Source: Candidatus Staskawiczbacteria bacterium
GTDB lineage: Bacteria > Patescibacteriota > Minisyncoccia > Minisyncoccales > Staskawiczbacteraceae
Reading direction: 5' to 3'
Assembly (NCBI GenBank): GCA_026395295.1
Contig: JAPLYZ010000010.1
Location: 5,678-69,677, forward strand
Length of the DNA: 64,000 nucleotides
Positions 57,622-64,000 of the stretch are shown here, one piece after another; positions within the stretch are counted from its first letter, which is position 1; each line of letters begins with the position of its first letter. The position numbers were made by a program, and so were the translations under genes. The notes beneath the pieces were generated by a model. The model was not told the origin of the DNA, searched no databases, and saw nothing but the letters and a program-made list of their open reading frames with translations.

Positions 57622-58419
57622 TCAAGTTTCTATACTAATCCAGCGCCATTTATTATACTGATCTTTATGAAATTCGTAATTTGAGTATCTATATTTTTTT
57701 ATTAACCCCTCTATCTTTTTTTTCTGCGGAGGAACCTGTGGTGAGCCCGTCGAACCATCAAATTCCATAAAAATTATGCCGTTAAGATTTAAATGATTTC
57801 TTGCATTTTTCAAAAACTTTCTAATATAAAAAAGCCCATCGCTGCCTCCGAATAAGGCTAGTTTAGGCTCAAAATTTAAAACCGAAACTTGAAGCTTGTT
57901 TCTATTTTTTTTTGGAATATATGGCGGGTTGGCAAAAATAAAGTCATACTTGCCCTCAACATTGCTAAAAATGTTTGACCGGATTATTTTGTATCTGGCG
58001 GGTTTTATTTTGTTTAAACTGCAATTTATTTTAATTTGCTCTATTGCCTTGTGGTTTTTTTCCGCAAAAAATACTTTCGCCTGCATGCCGGCAGGCAGGC
58101 GTTTTCTAAAATCTCTCAATATTGCTAAACCAATGCACCCCGAGCCGGCAAAAATGTCTAAAACAGAAAATCCGTGTTTTTTGCGGTCGCAAAAAACACG
58201 GCCTATTTCTTCAATTGCTTTTTCTACCCAAAATTCTGTTTCCTTCCGCGGAATCAAAGGCTTTTTGGACAAATCAATTTTGCAATTCAAAAACTCAATA
58301 AATCCAATTACATAATCTAAAGGCTCGCCGGCTTTCAACCTCTCTATATCCTTATAAAAATTTTTATTGGGCTTGCCAAAATATTTTTCTTTGAGAAGCC
58401 AGTTGATTTCTTTATCCAT
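57622..58419 (-). CDS. prmC: Release factor glutamine methyltransferase (three palindromic inserts)
   Basis: [41 protein letters not shown]. Confidence 0.92.
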   Translation of the reverse strand: MDKEINWLLKEKYFGKPNKNFYKDIERLKAGEPLDYVIGFIEFLNCKIDLSKKPLIPRKETEFWVEKAIEEIGRVFCDRKKHGFSVLDIFAGSGCIGLAILRDFRKRLPAGMQAKVFFAEKNHKAIEQIKINCSLNKIKPARYKIIRSNIFSNVEGKYDFIFANPPYIPKKNRNKLQVSVLNFEPKLALFGGSDGLFYIRKFLKNARNHLNLNGIIFMEFDGSTGSPQVPPQKKKIEGLIKKYRYSNYEFHKDQYNKWRWISIET

Positions 58420-58492
58420 ATTATATATCTTTTTACTCTATCAAAATTTTATCAATAAAAAAAGTTCTGCGACAAAGTCGAAGAACATGGAG

Positions 58493-58762
58493 TCACGGAA
58501 GAAGCGGAGCCGTCCTGAAAATCCTGGGATTGCTAAGATATACAAAGGCGAAAGGAAGCGTCTTTAATTGCGGATTGATTGCGCGAACAATATGGCCCGC
58601 CAGGATGACGCCGGTCATGTCGCCGTCGGGCGCAGCCTCCTTCTCGTCCAGTTGCACCTCCAGACCAACCCCGTTTTCTTCCGGAGCTTCCAGAAGCAAG
58701 GCTTTTGCAACTTCATCAGCCGAAAGTCCGTCGCACGGTACTACTTTTCCGTTAACATTCAT
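58493..58762 (-). CDS. Hypothetical protein, GC-rich singleton
   Basis: ORF with its own TTGACA/TATAAT promoter. Confidence 0.5.
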   Translation of the reverse strand: MNVNGKVVPCDGLSADEVAKALLLEAPEENGVGLEVQLDEKEAAPDGDMTGVILAGHIVRAINPQLKTLPFAFVYLSNPRIFRTAPLLP

Positions 58763-58881
58763 AATTTAAAGGAGCTTAGTGTTCTAGAATAATCATTGTG
58801 ATTGCTTATTATTATACTCCCTAAAAAGATAATGTCAACACCTCGAGCGCGCAACCAAAAACCCGCTTTCGCGGGCCGAAG

Positions 58882-58902
58882 GTCCTGAGTTTTTCGAAGG
58901 AC
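58882..58902. repeat. Intergenic family-A palindrome
   Basis: GTCC-TGAGtttttCGAA-GGAC downstream of rplU. Confidence 0.7.
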
Positions 58903-58908
58903 TTTAAA

Positions 58909-59214
58909 TTACTTTATGCTGATTATTTCTATCTCGGTGTATGGCTGTCTGTGTCCTATCTTTCTGCTCTCTCTTTTCTTCGGTTTATATTTAAAAACAA
59001 TTATTTTATCTCCTTTTCCATGGCTCAAAATTTTCGCCTTAACTTCGGCTTTCACCAATGGAGTTCCAATTTCAACTTTTTTGTCGTTTTCAACCAGCAA
59101 AACATCGGAAAAAGAAATTTCTTCTCCCGCTTTCTTATCTAATTTTTCTACCTTTAATTTGTCCCCGGGTTTAACAATATATTGTTTCCCGCCGGTTTTG
59201 ATTACTGCAATCAT
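58909..59214 (-). CDS. rplU: 50S ribosomal protein L21
   Basis: AVIKTGGKQY.V..GD, KYKPKK....K.GHRQPYT. Confidence 0.96.
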   Translation of the reverse strand: MIAVIKTGGKQYIVKPGDKLKVEKLDKKAGEEISFSDVLLVENDKKVEIGTPLVKAEVKAKILSHGKGDKIIVFKYKPKKRESRKIGHRQPYTEIEIISIK

Positions 59215-59228
59215 GTTTTAGAATTAAA

Positions 59229-59334
59229 AGCGAGCCAGTGAATTTTCAGCGTATTACAGGGCACAAAGTGCCTGTCGAAGCGAGTTTCCCGCGAAGCGGG
59301 ACACGAGCGTTAGCAGAAAATTTATTGGCGAGCG
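59229..59334 (-). repeat. 106-bp structured repeat, copy 3
   Basis: Same core as copies 1 and 2 with a different, still pairing outer stem. Confidence 0.92.
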
Positions 59335-59366
59335 ATTATAAAGGTAGTTTAGCAAAAAATTTGCTA

Positions 59367-60428
59367 TTAGTCAAGCATTGTTGGACGATTAACCTCGTCT
59401 ATTTCTATCTTTGACTCCCCTCCTGTTAGTTTTATGACATCCTTATCAACCTTGCCAAATTCTATTTTAGCCTTGTTAAAACTGCTAACTGTCGTATCTA
59501 AATGCTGGCCCAACCGGTTGAAATGCTCCGAATATGCAAACAAATGCTTGTTTAATCTCTCAACTTCTTTAATTATAGATTGAGCTTGCTCGGAAATTTT
59601 CTGATTTCTTAAACCCTGCAAAACCGTTTGCAAATATGCCAAAAAAGAAGTCGGCGAAACAACAATAACTTTTTTCTTTCCTGCGTAATAAATCAAGTTG
59701 TTTGTGTCCTCGGCAATAACTCCGACCTTGTTTATCAGCAAATCATAATAAACCGCCTCAGACGGAATAAACATAAAAGCAAAATCCATTGTCTTTTCTT
59801 CGGGCCTTACATATTTTGAGGTTTCATCAATTCTTAATTTCAAGTCATTTACAAAGGCAACTTCCAATCTCTTTTTTTCCGCAGGATCATTTGTCTGCAA
59901 CATCCTGTTATAATTATCCAAAGAAAATTTTGAATCAATAGGGATTATTCTTTTAGCTTGCGCTGAGCCCGCCGAAGCGTTCACAAAAACAACCGCGTCA
60001 ACAATTTCGCCATTGGAAAATGAGTATTGCATCTGGAAAGAAGCCGGTGGTAAAACATTTTTTAAAACTGTCTCCAAATAATACTCACCTAAAATACCGC
60101 GCTGTTTTGGATTTTTTAAAATGTCCTGTAAACTTTTTAGCTGGTCGGCAAATCCAACCACTTGTCTGTTTGTTTCGTCTAATTTGGTTAATTTCTCAGT
60201 TACGTTTCTGATGATATCTGCCGAGTGTTTGAATTGCTCCTGCACATTTTTGTTTGACTCTGAAAGCTTGCTGTCCACTGCCTGAGCAAGCTGGCCCAAT
60301 TGTTGTTGCAACATAAGCAAAGAGCCCTCGTTTTTATTCTCCAACTCCGGTTTTTTGCGCAGCAATAAAAAAATCGCCAGAACTACCCCGGCCGCAATTA
60401 TAATTAAAAGTGTTATTGTTAATTCCAT
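59367..60428 (-). CDS. rmuC: DNA recombination protein RmuC
   Basis: KQRGILGE..LE, VDAVV, IDSKF, T.DFAFMFIPSE, VSPTS. Confidence 0.92.
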   Translation of the reverse strand: MELTITLLIIIAAGVVLAIFLLLRKKPELENKNEGSLLMLQQQLGQLAQAVDSKLSESNKNVQEQFKHSADIIRNVTEKLTKLDETNRQVVGFADQLKSLQDILKNPKQRGILGEYYLETVLKNVLPPASFQMQYSFSNGEIVDAVVFVNASAGSAQAKRIIPIDSKFSLDNYNRMLQTNDPAEKKRLEVAFVNDLKLRIDETSKYVRPEEKTMDFAFMFIPSEAVYYDLLINKVGVIAEDTNNLIYYAGKKKVIVVSPTSFLAYLQTVLQGLRNQKISEQAQSIIKEVERLNKHLFAYSEHFNRLGQHLDTTVSSFNKAKIEFGKVDKDVIKLTGGESKIEIDEVNRPTMLD

Positions 60429-62968
60429 TATTTTGGTGGGTTAACTACCAACTCAAATGTTTCAGGGCTAATTTCAAACTTATCGCCTTTTTTTATCTTG
60501 TCAGACAAAAGGGCCTGGGCAACAGCGCTTTCCACTTTATCTTGGACAACTCTCCTCATTTCCCTGGCGCCATAGGCCGGCTTGTAGGACAATTCAACAA
60601 TTTTTTCTCTCAAGGGTTCTGTAATTTCAAAAATAATATCTTTTTCAGCCAAACTTTTTTGCAACCCTTGCAGAGAAAGCTGAGCTATCTTCATTAAGTT
60701 GTCCTTTGTCAAAGGATGGAAAATTACCGTGGCGTCAAAACGGTTGACAAATTCTGGCCTAAAAATATTTTTCTCAAAAAGCTCGTCTAACAATTTATCT
60801 TTTTCCAATTTTTGGTTAGACTCCACTTGTTTGAAAATTATATTTGCGCCCGCGTTTGACGTACAAATAATTATAGTACTGGCAAAAACAACTTTTCTGC
60901 CCTGCCCGTCAGTGATGTGACCCTCATCTAAAACCTGTAAAAATAAGTTTAAAATGTTTGGATGGGCCTTTTCAACTTCATCAAGCAAAATTAAAGAAAA
61001 CGGAGTTTCCCGCACCGGCGTTGTCAAAAGCCCCTGCATTTCCACCGGGCTTACGGCTCCAATTAGTCGAGGTATGTCGGAAACTTCTTGGAACTCCGAC
61101 ATATCAAGCCGTATCATCTTTTTTTCCGAACCAAAATAAATCTGCGCCAATGCTTTTGCTGTTTCTGTTTTTCCCACGCCGGTAGGCCCTAAAAATAAAA
61201 ATGTGCCCATGGGCCTTGTTTTTGATGCAATGCCCATTCTTGCCCTCCTCATGGCAATTGAAATTTCGCTTACAGCCTCTTCCTGGTTGACAATTCTGTT
61301 GTGAATTAAATTTTCCAAATTAAGCAGAACTTCTTTTTCCCTAACCTCCATTTTCCCGACAGGTATGTCTGTTTTTTTGGAAATAATTTCCGCTATATGG
61401 TGAGGCAAAACAACTTTTTCTTTTAATTTTTGAACATAGACAACTGACTCGTCCAAAACATCCAACGCTTTTCTTGGGAACGGCAGGCTCGGCATATATC
61501 TTGCGGTCAAATTAACTATTTCGCGGATGCTGGGGTACAAAACCAAAACTTTGTGGGCATATTCTAGTTCCAATGCCGCTGATTGCAAAATATTTATTGT
61601 TTCTGACTCGGTAACTTCGGGAACTTCAACTTTCTGGAAAAAATTAGCAAAAGAAGAGATTCTTTCTATATCTTTGTGAAGGCCTTCGTAAGATGTTATA
61701 CCGACAAATTGGAAACTTGGTATGGGCAGATATTTGGAAAGCACTCCGGAAATGTCAAAAGCTCCGGCTTTTTGCACTTTTTGACCAACAAAATTTTCCA
61801 GGTCGTCAATAACCAAAATCACGCTTCCCGATGAAGCCACTTCGGCAAAAATTTGGTCAAGCGTAGACTCTAATTTTTCAAAATTTGGGACCTGAGCTGA
61901 AAGCAAAACAGGATCAAGCTCTACAACCCTTTTATTATTTAATTGCGGCAACGATGTTCCCAAATAACATTTCTGGGCAAGCGCTTCAATTATGCTTTTT
62001 CTGCCTGTGCCAGGGTCGCCAACAATCAAAACATTAGCATAACTGGACTTAGCCAAAATCATTTCTGTTTGTTCTATTTCTTTTTTATGCCCTATAATTT
62101 CCCTAAATCTCCATTTTGAAACAACCTTGCGCCAATCGGTTGAAAATTCGTCTAACGTTATTGTATATCCGGAAGAAAAATCTTTGCCCATGGACCCTTT
62201 TCTCAATAAATTTTCGCGAGTCCAGAATCTCTTGGTTTTTTCTTCCAGGTCTTCGGCGGAGTCTAACCATATGGCTAAATTTTCAACATCTTCTGACTTT
62301 AAATCAGACTCAACTAATATCTTTTTGAAAAATTCGTCTTCCTTTGCCAACCCCGCTAAAATTTCTTTCTCGCCAATACTGCCATGCTGTCTTTCGGTCG
62401 AAACTTCAAGAGCTAATTCTATTGTTTTCTGAAAATCCTCTGAAAAACTTCCAACCTTGTTGTTTTTTGGAATTTTTTCTAAATAATTTTTAATGTTAGC
62501 CTGCAATTTTTTAGGGCTTAGTCCTAATCTAAAACAAATTAAATCAATATCTTTGCTAAACTTCACGGCAGAATAAAAAAGGGATGCGGAACTAACCGCA
62601 ATTTTTTTCTTTTTACAAAAATCTATGGCGTCCAAAACAATCTTTGCCACGTCGAAGCTTAAAAGTTCGGCTAAATTATAATCATCGGGCTTCTCTGCCG
62701 CATCACTAAGACTAACCACAGCCCCCGGACGACGGATTTTTAGCTCTGTGAACAAATTGATATTCCAAAAAACAAGCCACAAAGAAAAAAATAGCGCCAC
62801 TGTCTTTGCTCCAGATTGCCCAAAAGAAAATCCCGCGCATAAAAAAGACAAAACAAACAAAAACAAAAAAATGTTTTTTAGAATTTTAGCAAATCTGAAC
62901 AATGGGAAATTTCCCCTCTTTACAGCACGGAAAACATTGGTGTCTTTTATATTAAAATTAAATGACAT
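60428..62968 (-). CDS. ClpA/B-like AAA+ ATPase with N-terminal TM segments
   Basis: GDPGTGRKS; FLGPTGVGKTE, RLDMSEFQ, LLDEVEKAH, FRPEFVNRFD, GAREMRR; start moved to MSFNF. Confidence 0.88.
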   Translation of the reverse strand: MSFNFNIKDTNVFRAVKRGNFPLFRFAKILKNIFLFLFVLSFLCAGFSFGQSGAKTVALFFSLWLVFWNINLFTELKIRRPGAVVSLSDAAEKPDDYNLAELLSFDVAKIVLDAIDFCKKKKIAVSSASLFYSAVKFSKDIDLICFRLGLSPKKLQANIKNYLEKIPKNNKVGSFSEDFQKTIELALEVSTERQHGSIGEKEILAGLAKEDEFFKKILVESDLKSEDVENLAIWLDSAEDLEEKTKRFWTRENLLRKGSMGKDFSSGYTITLDEFSTDWRKVVSKWRFREIIGHKKEIEQTEMILAKSSYANVLIVGDPGTGRKSIIEALAQKCYLGTSLPQLNNKRVVELDPVLLSAQVPNFEKLESTLDQIFAEVASSGSVILVIDDLENFVGQKVQKAGAFDISGVLSKYLPIPSFQFVGITSYEGLHKDIERISSFANFFQKVEVPEVTESETINILQSAALELEYAHKVLVLYPSIREIVNLTARYMPSLPFPRKALDVLDESVVYVQKLKEKVVLPHHIAEIISKKTDIPVGKMEVREKEVLLNLENLIHNRIVNQEEAVSEISIAMRRARMGIASKTRPMGTFLFLGPTGVGKTETAKALAQIYFGSEKKMIRLDMSEFQEVSDIPRLIGAVSPVEMQGLLTTPVRETPFSLILLDEVEKAHPNILNLFLQVLDEGHITDGQGRKVVFASTIIICTSNAGANIIFKQVESNQKLEKDKLLDELFEKNIFRPEFVNRFDATVIFHPLTKDNLMKIAQLSLQGLQKSLAEKDIIFEITEPLREKIVELSYKPAYGAREMRRVVQDKVESAVAQALLSDKIKKGDKFEISPETFELVVNPPK

Positions 62969-63353
62969 TTGAGAATGTAAAAATAAATCCCGCAATAATA
63001 ATAAATGGAACCAACAACCACAATAAAAAAATAACCAGCCCGGAAAAAATGACAAAAATTTGGAATACGACCCCAACAGCAATTAAAACTATTCTCATTA
63101 TCGCCCCAAGAAATCTTGAAAACATATTGGAAATAAGAGTGGTAAAAAATTCGCCCACGTCAAATCCTCTTGGATAATTCCACTTATATTTTCGCCACGG
63201 GGCAACCAAAGATTTCAGCAGAACCGGCAAAGAAAAATAGTTCAGAGCAAATAAAATATAATTTTTCCAAACTCCAAGCAAAAACTTCGGCATCTCGTAG
63301 AAATGCCACAAAAACCATAGAACGAATATATTTTCTTTTTGCGCTGATTCCAT
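62958..63353 (-). CDS. Hypothetical membrane protein
   Basis: FS...LLK.L.APWR, SR.LGA..R; overlaps the Clp start. Confidence 0.7.
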   Translation of the reverse strand: MESAQKENIFVLWFLWHFYEMPKFLLGVWKNYILFALNYFSLPVLLKSLVAPWRKYKWNYPRGFDVGEFFTTLISNMFSRFLGAIMRIVLIAVGVVFQIFVIFSGLVIFLLWLLVPFIIIAGFIFTFSNVI

Positions 63354-63372
63354 TTTTTTATTTTACCACATT

Positions 63373-63445
63373 TGTCATTCCCGCGAAAGCGGGAATCCAG
63401 GAATGTCTCTATTCACTCTGGATCTCCGCTTCCGCGGAGATGACA
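63373..63445. repeat. Inverted pair of GTCA-tagged REP/dRS3-like palindromes
   Basis: TGTCATTCCCGCGAAAGCGGGAATCCAG ... CTGGATCTCCGCTTCCGCGGAGATGACA. Confidence 0.88.
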
Positions 63446-63850
63446 TTCTGCGTCATTCAACAGCTCTTGGCGGATGTCATCAGGGACAGGGATTGCTTCG
63501 CCGGGCTTGGAAATGCCAGGATAACGCCATGCGCTGATTATTTTTCTTGTAGCAACTTCAGCCACTTTCACATCTTTGAACATTAGCCAAATTTCCCCCG
63601 GAGCTCTTGCCCGCCTAAATGCGATAGCTTTTGGCGGGTTGCCCATCTTTCTGTTTCCAAACAACGAACCTGTTTTATTCCCGAATTTCTTATTAGTTTT
63701 CATCACGGCTGAAGTTCCGGGCACAATTCCCTGCTCTTTTCTCTCCGGCTTGTAAAGTATGCCAAGCAATTTTTGCTTTGAAAGCCCATACTGCTTCATT
63801 TTTATTTTAGAATGCTCCGTCCAAAAAAGTTTTCCGAAATTTGTCGCCAT
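63413..63850 (-). CDS. Hypothetical protein (DUF4258-like)
   Basis: WT.H...KMKQYGLS, P.R.EQGI.PGT, IISAWRYPG. Confidence 0.6.
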   Translation of the reverse strand: MATNFGKLFWTEHSKIKMKQYGLSKQKLLGILYKPERKEQGIVPGTSAVMKTNKKFGNKTGSLFGNRKMGNPPKAIAFRRARAPGEIWLMFKDVKVAEVATRKIISAWRYPGISKPGEAIPVPDDIRQELLNDAECHLRGSGDPE

Positions 63851-63860
63851 TTTTCCTGTG

Positions 63861-63932
63861 TGGACAGTACAGGGATCGAACCTGTCACCTCTCCGATGTG
63901 AACGGAGCGTTCTACCACTGAACTAACTGTCC
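63861..63932 (-). tRNA. tRNA-Val(CAC)
   Basis: GGACAGT/ACTGTCC acceptor, anticodon loop TTCACAT, TTCGATC T loop. Confidence 0.95.
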
Positions 63933-64000
63933 ATTTAATAATCTTAACATTTTTATAAAAAAATACAAAAAAAAGACCCTCAAAGTTTGCACCTTTTGGG

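Noticed and set aside
36863..58475. Weak + strand motif variants right of xer (ATTGTGCAACT at 36863, TTCTGCGACAA at 58465)
   Set aside because: Two mismatches each, so chance matches are plausible; noted as possible counter-examples to strict polarity.
59229..59334. Ribosomal protein L21 autoregulatory leader
   Set aside because: The same element precedes dnaJ and an efflux adaptor, so it is not specific to rplU.

Overview
A 64-kb piece of an AT-rich bacterial chromosome. The gene content (truncated HrcA, VirD4-like ATPase, membrane-anchored Clp ATPase, few Shine-Dalgarno sites, many leaderless starts) suggests Patescibacteria/CPR, probably Parcubacteria; this is inference. Genes run mostly on + up to about 26.6 kb and mostly on - afterwards, converging on a single xer recombinase gene, which suggests the replication terminus. 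The window holds xseAB, a NOX-like/cytochrome b5/ECF sigma/MacAB cluster, purH, a MarR-Emr efflux operon, msrA, CIRCE-hrcA-grpE-dnaK-dnaJ, three tRNAs (Lys, Ala, Val), a LAGLIDADG ORF, a PIF1-like helicase, gltX, murG, ftsW, a MurL-MurD fusion, uppS, rpmA, pyrG, rplI, an S41 protease, hicBA, a second MacAB-type cluster, a purC-purE fusion, purB, prmC, rplU and rmuC. Four unannotated signals stand out. (1) About 14 short GC-rich palindromes from several families sit in frame inside core genes. (2) A 106-109 bp structured element occurs three times, each just upstream of a start codon. (3) The 11-mer ATTGTGCGACA occurs eight times and flips orientation at the xer gene, next to a 28-bp dif-like site. 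(4) boxA-like motifs lie in the leaders of the GC-richer singleton genes. All motif counts were made by eye.
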